In this document: piece by piece, positions 8,507 to 16,479 of the stretch | Numbering within the stretch: the first letter of the stretch is position 1 | Layout of the letters: each line of letters begins with the position of its first letter | Origin: Candidatus Saccharimonadota bacterium | Lineage (GTDB): Bacteria; Patescibacteriota; Microgenomatia; UBA1406; GWC2-37-13 | Length of the DNA: 32,000 nucleotides | Direction of reading: 5' to 3' | NCBI GenBank assembly: GCA_016700135.1 | Contig: CP065004.1 | Location: 270,001-302,000 of the forward strand | Translations under genes and position numbers: made by a program | The notes under the pieces: generated by a model | The model's input: only the letters and a program-made list of their open reading frames with translations | What the model was told of the DNA's origin: nothing | Databases searched by the model: none

Positions 8507-9082
8507 ATGACAAAAAATGTCAAACTATGGCAGCTGTACATCGTTCCTTTTTTGGTCATCCTGGCGATGATGGTTGCCGAACTGGCGAAGACCGAATACG
8601 CAAAGCACCTGCCGTTTGACCAAATCGCCAAAGAGACCAATGCTCTGGCCGAAATCGATTACAGAAGTATGCAGCGGGCCACCGTTTCACGTGTCATTGA
8701 CGGTGACACAGTAGAGCTTGAGACGGGAGAAAAAGTCAGATACATCGGAGTGGATACACCGGAAACAAAGCATCCCAACAAACCAGTACAGTGTTTCGGC
8801 AGGGAAGCCGCACAAAAAAACAAGGAACTTGTCGAAGGGAAGGAAATCCTTCTTGAAAAAGATGTCTCGGAAACTGACCGGTACGGCAGACTGTTGCGAT
8901 ACATTTATCTCCCCAATCCTGAAGCGACCGATGAGGCCATTTTCGTAAACGAACTTCTGATTGAGCAGGGCTTTGCTCAGGTGATCACCTATCCTCCGGA
9001 TGTGAAGTACCATCCGCTCCTTCTTCAAGCTCAGCAGCAGGCACAATCTGAAGAAAAGGGCTTATGGGGCTCCTGCAACTAA
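8507..9082 (+). CDS. membrane-anchored thermonuclease (staphylococcal nuclease/SNase family)
   Basis: VSRVIDGDTVELE.GEKVRYIGVDTPET.....PVQCFG.EA...NKELVEGKEILLEKD....DRYGRLLRYIY is the SNase OB-fold catalytic signature. It has an N-terminal TM/signal helix. Confidence 0.88.
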   Translation: MTKNVKLWQLYIVPFLVILAMMVAELAKTEYAKHLPFDQIAKETNALAEIDYRSMQRATVSRVIDGDTVELETGEKVRYIGVDTPETKHPNKPVQCFGREAAQKNKELVEGKEILLEKDVSETDRYGRLLRYIYLPNPEATDEAIFVNELLIEQGFAQVITYPPDVKYHPLLLQAQQQAQSEEKGLWGSCN

Positions 9083-10125
9083 TCTTTGATATACCAGACA
9101 GCAAGAAGAGTTGTCAAAGGGACCGCCGATACTATCCCGATACTACTGACCAATGTACGAACAATTTCCGTAGCAACGATCTCCATATTCATCACATCAG
9201 AAAGCGTTCCGAACTGGGAACTTGAAAACAGTACAAAAAGCGGAAGTGATGCACCGACATACACAAGAACTAATGTATTTACCAGCGATGCAATGTGATC
9301 ATGTCCGACGTCCATGGATTCCCGAAACAGCTCCCACCTCGAGAACTTCGGATTCGCTTTCTTGAGCTTTGATACGATTGAAGTCTGAGATATTGTAATA
9401 TCGTCCAAAACCCCCATCGCACCAATGATAATACCGGCAAGAAGAAGTGCCTGGATGTTGATAGTATCTCCCTGCTGTGCTGTTATGAAGGTCGCCTCTT
9501 CTGCCGAATATCCCGTCAGTTTTGCCAGATTTACAAAGACAACGGCTAAAATGGCAGTGAAAACCAGTGCCAAAAAGGTACTGATAACAGCGATCGTCGT
9601 TTTCCGTTTAATGCCGTGTGAAATATAAAAGGTGATAGGGATGACAAGAAGGGAAGCAACTAATGAAATCAGTATCGGATTATTGCCGAGAAGAATCTGC
9701 GGTACAATCATCTGTGCGATGATGAGAAACGAGAATGCCATCCCGAGAAACGAAAAGAACCCTTTCCTACGTCCTATCACAACAACAACTCCTAAGAAAA
9801 GGAAGAATAGTGCGGCAAGCGGCCACAGCCTGAACTGATCGACAATTATCACCTGTTCCCGACCTCCGGGACCCTCTATGAAATTTACAAGCACCTGATC
9901 ACCTTTATGCAGACCCTGATTTTCAATCTGCTTTTCATCAAACTGCAAGACCTGCAGCTCCTGTCCGGCACGATCACCTTCACTGATCTCCACCACAATA
10001 TTCCCGTTTGACAATTCGGTAATCGTCGCCCGAATCGGATCCTGATTTTGCGCATGCACGGAGCCCGGTAAAAAAATATTCCAAAGGAAGAAAAAAACGG
10101 TAAGGCAACTTAGAATTCGTTTCAT
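9079..10125 (-). CDS. YibE/F family membrane protein
   Basis: Signal peptide MKRILSCLTVFFFLWNIFLPGSVHA and a small extracytoplasmic domain, then a polytopic region with GRRKGFFSFLGM..., GVLDDITISQTSIV and MDVGHDHIASLVNTLVLVYVGASLPL, typical of YibE/F. The ORF opens at 10167. The start at 10125 (or 10137) avoids overlapping the upstream gene. Confidence 0.7.
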   Translation of the reverse strand: MKRILSCLTVFFFLWNIFLPGSVHAQNQDPIRATITELSNGNIVVEISEGDRAGQELQVLQFDEKQIENQGLHKGDQVLVNFIEGPGGREQVIIVDQFRLWPLAALFFLFLGVVVVIGRRKGFFSFLGMAFSFLIIAQMIVPQILLGNNPILISLVASLLVIPITFYISHGIKRKTTIAVISTFLALVFTAILAVVFVNLAKLTGYSAEEATFITAQQGDTINIQALLLAGIIIGAMGVLDDITISQTSIVSKLKKANPKFSRWELFRESMDVGHDHIASLVNTLVLVYVGASLPLFVLFSSSQFGTLSDVMNMEIVATEIVRTLVSSIGIVSAVPLTTLLAVWYIKD

Positions 10126-10129
10126 AATG

Positions 10130-11680
10130 TTAGGCATCAACTCCGACTGCTTCGGATATGTTCTCAAAACCGTCTTCTTTCATCATGTCGACAAGACCGT
10201 GATTGATTTGTGATATCCGCTGCGGCCCTTCATAAATCATGCCGGTGATCATCTGAACGAGAGTCGCACCGTATCTGATCTTGCGGTAGGCATCTTCCGG
10301 TGTGAATACTCCGCCGCAGCCTATGATGACAAACCTTTCTCCGAATTCACGGTACGCCAGTTTTATCAGTTCGTTCGAGCGTCTGAAGGTCGGCTTTCCG
10401 CTGAAATTTCCTTTTCCGGCTTGTGCAATCTCATCTTTGTGAAAGGATCCGTCTTTCCGGTCCTTTTGAAGATTTCCGAAAATGACGCCGGTTATATACT
10501 TGAACGATGAAATTGCTTTCAGCATCCCCCGTACCTCTTCATCGGTCTTTTCAATCGGCATTTTGACAAATACCGGCTTGCTTAGCTTGACCTTTTCGAC
10601 TGCCTTTAGAAGTTTCTTCAAATTTTCAGGCGGATAAAGACTCAGATTCCCTTTCAGATTGGGACAACTAATGTTGAGTTCATAATAACTGTTTTTCAGT
10701 TTTGATTTTTCGAATTTTTTAAAAGCCTGAACGATGTCATCAACGGCTTTTTCAAGAGTGTTTGTCTCTTCCGTATTTGTTCTTCCGACACTTATCCCCA
10801 CGGGAAACTCAAATTTTTTTCCTTCAAATTTTTCAATGATATGGTCAGCACCCGGATTACGGAATCCTTTGTTGACGAGAAGTGACTGCGATTTCGGAAG
10901 TCTGCCGAGGCGAGGCGATGCATTTCCTTCACAGGGTTTGTTGCTGATAGTTCCCACCGTCTGAAAACCGAATCCGACAGCCGGGAGAATTCCGGTAAAT
11001 ACGGCGTTGTAATCATATCCGGCGGCAAGACCGATGGGATTATCGAACCGGATTTTCCCGATTTTTACCTGAAGTTTTGGATTTTGGTACTTGAAAAAAT
11101 GTGTAAAGATGCGTCTTATCACGGGGATATTTCCGAATATCGGTCCCCAGAACATCGCCTGTTCATGGACAAATTCAGCGGGAAGCAGGAAGAAAAAGGG
11201 CTTTACGGCCAATTTATACAAAAATTCTATTTTGGCAAGCACGAAGGAACGGTATTCTTTCTGAAACCGCATTCGGACCACGATATACAGAAAGGTACTG
11301 GTCAAGGCCGAAAGTAAGCAGTACTGACACAATGCTCCGATGATGCCTATCTGAATATATACGAAATACAGTGAAAAAATGAAACCGAGTGCGGTTTGAA
11401 AAAAAAGTAGACGCTTGTAAAAAGCACTTTCAGAAGTAAATGACAGCCACGCAAAATAGCCGATCGCAGCATACTGAATGATACCCCAGATCGCAAGCGG
11501 AACCCCGAACATGATTGAGTATTCGCTCCGGAGTACGGTTCCGCAGTCTCCCAAAAACCCGATATGACAGGTCGCCAGCGGTTCATAAAAATGTTTGTAA
11601 GTGAGATAGCTTGCATCGATCAATCCGATCAGCACTGCAATAAATATTGCAAGTTGAAGGTTTTTGTGGAGTTTTGACAT
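10130..11680 (-). CDS. pyrD: fusion protein: N-terminal VKOR (vitamin K epoxide reductase family) domain + class-2-type dihydroorotate dehydrogenase
   Basis: The VKOR part is roughly aa 1-140. It has loop cysteines C38/C46 (ATCHIGFLGDCGTVLRSEYS..FGVPLA.WG), a TM CxxC (CQYC) and 4 TM helices. The rest aligns with E. coli-type PyrD, including its N-terminal helical domain: LYKLAVKPFFFLLPAEFVHEQ, NPIGLAAGYD, GFGFQTVGT, SPRLGRL, VNKGFRNPG, ELNISCPN, FSGKP, IIGCGGV, GATLVQMITGMIYEGP. It is one uninterrupted 516-aa ORF. Confidence 0.8.
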   Translation of the reverse strand: MSKLHKNLQLAIFIAVLIGLIDASYLTYKHFYEPLATCHIGFLGDCGTVLRSEYSIMFGVPLAIWGIIQYAAIGYFAWLSFTSESAFYKRLLFFQTALGFIFSLYFVYIQIGIIGALCQYCLLSALTSTFLYIVVRMRFQKEYRSFVLAKIEFLYKLAVKPFFFLLPAEFVHEQAMFWGPIFGNIPVIRRIFTHFFKYQNPKLQVKIGKIRFDNPIGLAAGYDYNAVFTGILPAVGFGFQTVGTISNKPCEGNASPRLGRLPKSQSLLVNKGFRNPGADHIIEKFEGKKFEFPVGISVGRTNTEETNTLEKAVDDIVQAFKKFEKSKLKNSYYELNISCPNLKGNLSLYPPENLKKLLKAVEKVKLSKPVFVKMPIEKTDEEVRGMLKAISSFKYITGVIFGNLQKDRKDGSFHKDEIAQAGKGNFSGKPTFRRSNELIKLAYREFGERFVIIGCGGVFTPEDAYRKIRYGATLVQMITGMIYEGPQRISQINHGLVDMMKEDGFENISEAVGVDA

Positions 11681-11714
11681 GTCTTATTGTACCACCAATT
11701 CGCGGCGGATTTGA

Positions 11715-12701
11715 TCATTCTTGAGCGTGCGATTCGACAAGCAGCTGGGTGATAAGACCGATGACCGCAGTCAGAATGAAGGCGAATATCCAGTTGCACA
11801 ACGCGTATACAAGCAACACAATTGCAGCAACAGTAAGGAATCCGTGAAGAAGTATTCTTACAAGTCGTTTTATTCTTTTCCCAAAGCCATAGAACAAGAC
11901 TCCGATTGCTCCGTATATCAATATGACGAGCCACCACCACGAAGCATTCTGACAGATATCATCCTGTTCGCCGAGTATATTTTCAGAAGGCTCTTCGGGA
12001 GTCGGTGTAGGCCTGCCTGCTTCAGTATTTTCTTCATCTTCCGAGATTCCGAACGCCGATCTCACGCTCCTTACGAGTGACCGAAAGGCATTTGACTGCA
12101 CCGCTCCTAATACTTCTCCTGTCCCGCCGCCCGGATTGGATGTACTTTGCGAGGTGCTTCCCCCACCTCCGGAGTTGGAAGATCCCTGCTGTGGAGTGGG
12201 TGTGTTTGTCGGGGTGGGCGTATTGGTAGGTGACTGGGCGATGTATCCGATATCAAGATCAAAACCCGTGCTTTTTCCCTGATAGTCGTTCCCGACATCT
12301 CTCATCGTAACCGTGTAGTGATATGTTATCGTATCACCGGGAAGAATCGTCCCCAACCCGATCTCGCCGCCGTCATACAAGTCCTGAAGAGTGCCTGTCC
12401 ATAATACGCTTCCGTCAGATTGCCGGCTGACTTCAAGATCCAGAACAGCTGCAATATTCTCACCGGGTGAAGTAGAAATATTCCGGGCTGCCTGTCCGAG
12501 ATATTTAAGCTCTCCGCTTGTATTGGTAACTGTCACTGGTTTAATTTCTGAACGGGTTGGATACCAGATTATGGATGAAGAAAAGAGTGGTTCGTCAAGT
12601 GTGACAGTAATATTTGCAGAAGTCTTTGTTACTGCATCGACTTTCGATGCCACAACGAACAAAAAAAAGAATAAGAGAATTCCCCTAACAAAATTCCGCA
12701 T
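11715..12701 (-). CDS. secreted TasA/camelysin-like beta-sandwich protein with a PT/GS-rich linker and a C-terminal multi-TM anchor
   Basis: Signal peptide ILLFFFLFVVASKVDA. GTILPGDTITYHYTVTMRDVGNDYQGKSTGFDLDIGYIAQ resembles the C-terminal strand block of the TasA/camelysin (M73) family (..N.YQG....FD..F.A.Q). Low-complexity SPTNTPTPTNTPTPQQGSSNSGGGGS is followed by three predicted TM helices (WWWLVILIYGAIGVLFYGF...). Confidence 0.55.
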   Translation of the reverse strand: MRNFVRGILLFFFLFVVASKVDAVTKTSANITVTLDEPLFSSSIIWYPTRSEIKPVTVTNTSGELKYLGQAARNISTSPGENIAAVLDLEVSRQSDGSVLWTGTLQDLYDGGEIGLGTILPGDTITYHYTVTMRDVGNDYQGKSTGFDLDIGYIAQSPTNTPTPTNTPTPQQGSSNSGGGGSTSQSTSNPGGGTGEVLGAVQSNAFRSLVRSVRSAFGISEDEENTEAGRPTPTPEEPSENILGEQDDICQNASWWWLVILIYGAIGVLFYGFGKRIKRLVRILLHGFLTVAAIVLLVYALCNWIFAFILTAVIGLITQLLVESHAQE

Positions 12702-12703
12702 GT

Positions 12704-13723
12704 TTAGAATGAACTTGTTAATGTTCTTACGTCTCCCTGAGCATTAGTGAATGTGACTTCAAGTAAAAATTGATTAGTATTTTCATCATAGGTGCATATT
12801 CCATCTGAACAGGTCGCGAGGTCAATGTCAGGACTTTGGTAATGGTTTTGTCCCGATACATCTACTAAACTCGGACCGATGCCTTGCTCCTTATCATAAG
12901 CAATGTAGGTAAGGGTATATTCCATCTGTGTGAATGCACCTATATTTGAAAGACTGAATGAGACCGTTTTACCGTCTTCCCTTTTCGCAAAGTAATTTAT
13001 TTCCGGGGGCAAAATAACTGCTTCAGAAAATGCCGATGCAATACGAAGTGACGGATCGTTTTCAGAAAGATTCTCTGCACGCGGCGTGCCGTAATTGCTT
13101 CCTTCAACATCCCAAAACCCGACATTATTGCAACCGTCAGATATACGGGTGTGCCAGCCTGTTGTCGGGTCACTGTTTCTTTCCATCGATTGGAAAAGTG
13201 GCGGTCCGTCAACTCCCGCAGCCCAGTTCCCTGTAGGCGTCTGATCGACTAAAACATGTGTGCTGTCATACAGGGAAATCACTTCCCCTGTCTGTAGAAA
13301 TGAAAGATTTGCCGTCGGCTGATCAAGGACAATGCTATTATGAAGAGCCGATTGAGGACTATTGGGATTGTAATTACTGACGAGGTAATACCCGTTTGGT
13401 GCGATGCTTCCTGTCAGTGTGATAATACTTGACCCTGCGCCCGCTCCTGTAAAATACCATCCTGACAGATTTACGGTCTCATTTGTCATATTTCTGAGTT
13501 CGATCCATTCATCATTATCATGAGCGCTGGATCCCATCCACATGATTTCATTGATGACGACTGTTCCCGTAACATCCGGCTCTTCTTCCTCGACCTCCCA
13601 AACACCGGCGGCCATAGAAACGCTTGCGGATTCGGTATCGATATATGAAGAACTCGTCCCGGGTATTCGGGGAAGTGCTAGCAGTATTATCAGTATGAGC
13701 AGCTTGAGTACATGGGTTTTCAT
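12704..13723 (-). CDS. lamin-tail-domain (LTD) protein with a SipW-dependent-type signal peptide
   Basis: N-terminus LLILIILLALPRIPGTSSSYIDTESASVSMAAGVW follows the TasA-type signal pattern (GT.a.F.DtE.s....aG.). VVINEIMWMGSSAHDNDEWIELRNMTNETVNLSGWYF is the LTD core. The start overlaps the sipW stop (ATGA, 13720-13723). Confidence 0.7.
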   Translation of the reverse strand: MKTHVLKLLILIILLALPRIPGTSSSYIDTESASVSMAAGVWEVEEEEPDVTGTVVINEIMWMGSSAHDNDEWIELRNMTNETVNLSGWYFTGAGAGSSIITLTGSIAPNGYYLVSNYNPNSPQSALHNSIVLDQPTANLSFLQTGEVISLYDSTHVLVDQTPTGNWAAGVDGPPLFQSMERNSDPTTGWHTRISDGCNNVGFWDVEGSNYGTPRAENLSENDPSLRIASAFSEAVILPPEINYFAKREDGKTVSFSLSNIGAFTQMEYTLTYIAYDKEQGIGPSLVDVSGQNHYQSPDIDLATCSDGICTYDENTNQFLLEVTFTNAQGDVRTLTSSF

Positions 13724-14370
13724 TTTTTCTTGTTATTTTTTTTCTTAAACAGTTTGCGCTCAATTTTTTCTTCCGTAGATTTTATCTCATCCTGCACCTC
13801 CATAACCTCCATGCCTACGGCCACTTCTGCATTTTCTATGAGCGACAGTTTTCTCTTTTTTCTTTCCCTGAGAAGTCTGATTGCTTCATTTTTGATAGTC
13901 ATCAGTTCGCTATAAATGATGATCGTGGCAGGAATGACTACAAGAGCGATAAGACCTGTTTGAGTTTTGGCAAAAGCTATCGGATAACCTAGATATGGAA
14001 CTGAGAGTATAACTTTCCCTTTTACTGACCCTGAAGGCACTTCAACTCCATCTGGTACGTCATTCGCATCTCCTTTTGTTGTAAAAGTCGTTTCTTGATC
14101 AGTATTAACACCGATAATTCTATGAGTTACTGTCTCGTTGTTCGCATCAGCAAATGTAATTATGTCTTCCTTTTGATATTTTTCGAACTGTCGAACAAAG
14201 ACCACACTTTTTGTCATAATTACTGGTTCCATTGAACCTGACTCAACAACATACATCTTCACGCCACCAGGAATATCAAGTACTGACGCAGCAGAGAAGA
14301 CAGCTATCACGATAAGCAGTACAACTACAAAGTTGTATATAATTTTTGATATTTTTTTTAAATTATTCAT
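13720..14370 (-). CDS. sipW: signal peptidase I, SipW/archaeal-ER type (S26B)
   Basis: N-terminal TM, catalytic VVESGSMEP (Ser), VTHRIIGV (His), TKGDANDVPD, a second TM near the C-terminus, and a long Lys/Glu-rich tail. The overall pattern resembles B. subtilis SipW. Confidence 0.85.
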   Translation of the reverse strand: MNNLKKISKIIYNFVVVLLIVIAVFSAASVLDIPGGVKMYVVESGSMEPVIMTKSVVFVRQFEKYQKEDIITFADANNETVTHRIIGVNTDQETTFTTKGDANDVPDGVEVPSGSVKGKVILSVPYLGYPIAFAKTQTGLIALVVIPATIIIYSELMTIKNEAIRLLRERKKRKLSLIENAEVAVGMEVMEVQDEIKSTEEKIERKLFKKKNNKKK

Positions 14371-14390
14371 TTAATAGTTAAATTCTCTCT

Positions 14391-14416
14391 TGGAGAGGAG
14401 ATGCATCTCCTCTCCA
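14391..14416 (-). promoter_or_regulatory. perfect 26-nt palindrome (intercistronic stem-loop between the tasA-like gene and sipW)
   Basis: TGGAGAGGAGATGCATCTCCTCTCCA equals its own reverse complement, giving an 11-bp stem with a 4-nt loop. It lies 16 nt after the tasA-like stop and 20 nt before the sipW ATG. No U-tract follows. Confidence 0.6.
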
Positions 14417-14432
14417 TTGACAAAATTCAACA

Positions 14433-15050
14433 TCATTGACCAGTTGTTTGTCCGAGTTCGAATGTCATATCAATTGACATATCATCACCCATCGCTTTAC
14501 TGTCATCTGAAGTTGACCACCAATCAAAGATTGCAGTGACACAGGCATTCTGACCAGCATTAAGGGCTGTATTTAGCTCATAACTACTGGCAAGACCATT
14601 TACGAGTCCATTGTAAAATGTGGTATCTCCAGTTCCAACCCATCCATTACAATCCAAGTCGTTAAATAGTCTTACATTGACAACATCTTGAAGTTCTCCT
14701 TCGTCAAGACCAGGATTACCACAACTGGTATCTCCCGCCTCTTGTTCAGGTTCAAGACATGAATTTTCATTGTTGGTTACAACAATGTTTTCAAGGTCAA
14801 TATATCCATTGACTGTTCCGACATTTTGCAAATTGAAAGTACCTTTCGGTTGACTTCCCGGTTTCATATTTGTGACATTGAATTTTGCTGAAGTCAAAGG
14901 ATTCTCTGAGTCTACAGCAAGGTCAAGTGTCCCGGATGCAAAAGTATTACCGGCACTAGTTTCTGTATCAATGAAATACGCACGAGTCGCTCCAACAGCT
15001 GAAGTTGCCACAAGAGCAATTGTCATGATACTTGCAAGAATTTTTTTCAT
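14433..15050 (-). CDS. TasA/camelysin-family protein with SipW-dependent-type signal peptide
   Basis: MKKILASIMTIALVATSAVGATRAYFIDTETSAGNTFASGTLDL is the textbook SipW-dependent signal/N-terminus. The C-terminal ...MSIDMTFELGQ strand fits the family. The SD AAAGGGGGTG lies upstream of the ATG. Confidence 0.85.
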   Translation of the reverse strand: MKKILASIMTIALVATSAVGATRAYFIDTETSAGNTFASGTLDLAVDSENPLTSAKFNVTNMKPGSQPKGTFNLQNVGTVNGYIDLENIVVTNNENSCLEPEQEAGDTSCGNPGLDEGELQDVVNVRLFNDLDCNGWVGTGDTTFYNGLVNGLASSYELNTALNAGQNACVTAIFDWWSTSDDSKAMGDDMSIDMTFELGQTTGQ

Positions 15051-15131
15051 TTTATGTACGCACCCCCTTTCTAATGAAGATAGAAAACAATCATGTCGGT
15101 TCTGTCAAGGAAAGTACACATTTACTACACA

Positions 15132-16415
15132 CTATTTTGACTTGTATTTGTTTACTATATGACCTGCTACCTGGCGCCCCATGTCGACTGCGAAGTTCGT
15201 TCCGCGATCCCAGGGATACACCTGTTGGATGTTTGCCAGATACATATTTTCTATAGGAGTATCAAAAGGCAGGACTTTTTCGGAGAAATTCGGGGTTACT
15301 ATCGGCTGCGCAAACGGGACTTTAAATACGGTTATATCTTTGAGGGCGGAACGATACTGAAAATTTAGTTTTTTGAGGTACGGATCATAGATCTCAAGCA
15401 GTTCTTTGGGTGATTTCGAGAAATATTCATGATCATGCGGCAGGTAATTCCCCACGTACACGATATGCCTGTTATTGTAGTGTTCTTTTTCAATAAGATT
15501 AGTATGCTCCACAACCGCCAGAAATGGATACTCTTTTTCGCAGATACTGAGCCAGTAGACATCCGTATCAAAAAACGGTTTGTCCATCTCCAAAACCATA
15601 TTGACGGCACCGATCCCTTCGAATGACAGCAGCTTTTCATGATATTCATCAGGAAGGTCAGGAGTCATCTTCGAAAACAGAATATTCGGGACCGTGACAA
15701 TCACGGCATCATATTCATAAGTTGCGCCGTTAATTTTCACAACTGCTTTGCCGTCTTTCTGAGCCAGTTTGTGTGTCGGAGTATTGTATCTTATCACCCC
15801 GCCGCGTTCTTCTATCTTTTCAGCCAGAACCTCCACCATGTTCTGGAATCCGCCTTCAGGATATCCGAGTTGCGGAGACCGTGCCTTCACCCGTGCCCAA
15901 AACCATGCGAGTGAAATATCTTTATAAAACGGGCCAAATTTGGAGACCATCAGAGGTTCCCACAACATACGGTATGACTTCTCTCCCATGTTTGCCAATA
16001 ACCAATCGTGCGCTTTATACTTTTCAATTTCCCTCCAGTCGGCCAAGTACCGCAGATACCCCAGGACTGCTCCCATGCGAAGCCTCTCAGCAATACTCAA
16101 TTTCGGGAACTCCATCACTTTGAGAGGAGAATCCAGTTGATAAATATTTCCGTCAACCAGAGATGATGTATTCGGGCGAAAGAATCGGAAATCGACTCCG
16201 ATCTGTTTTGCAAGATCTCTGATTGCTTTGTCAGAAGTAAATATATGATGGTAGTGCTTTTCAAGTGCCCAGTCCCATTCCTCTTTTTTGTATCCGATAG
16301 CAAGCCCTCCCGGTTCGGACTCTTTTTCATAAACCGTAATATCAATATTCTCTTTTTGCAGTTCGTAGGCTGCTGAAAGGCCGGTAAAGCCTGCTCCGAT
16401 GATTGCGATATGCAT
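15132..16415 (-). CDS. FAD-dependent oxidoreductase (amine oxidase / phytoene desaturase / HemY-like superfamily)
   Basis: N-terminal dinucleotide fold MHIAIIGAGFTGLSAAYEL...VYEKESEPGGLA and a C-terminal FAD-contact segment (YLANIQQVYPWDRGTNFAV). The substrate is not inferable. Confidence 0.7.
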   Translation of the reverse strand: MHIAIIGAGFTGLSAAYELQKENIDITVYEKESEPGGLAIGYKKEEWDWALEKHYHHIFTSDKAIRDLAKQIGVDFRFFRPNTSSLVDGNIYQLDSPLKVMEFPKLSIAERLRMGAVLGYLRYLADWREIEKYKAHDWLLANMGEKSYRMLWEPLMVSKFGPFYKDISLAWFWARVKARSPQLGYPEGGFQNMVEVLAEKIEERGGVIRYNTPTHKLAQKDGKAVVKINGATYEYDAVIVTVPNILFSKMTPDLPDEYHEKLLSFEGIGAVNMVLEMDKPFFDTDVYWLSICEKEYPFLAVVEHTNLIEKEHYNNRHIVYVGNYLPHDHEYFSKSPKELLEIYDPYLKKLNFQYRSALKDITVFKVPFAQPIVTPNFSEKVLPFDTPIENMYLANIQQVYPWDRGTNFAVDMGRQVAGHIVNKYKSK

Positions 16416-16479
16416 TTCATAATATTACCAGATTATTATCAAACTGCATCAAAAAAGCGGATGCTACAATATCAATACC

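Noticed and set aside
12114-12233. Apparent short tandem DNA repeat (ACNCCNAC-type) suggestive of a repeat array
   Set aside because: It is in frame within the 11715-12701 CDS and encodes the PT/GS-rich linker (SPTNTPTPTNTPTP...). This is coding low complexity, not a CRISPR or non-coding repeat.
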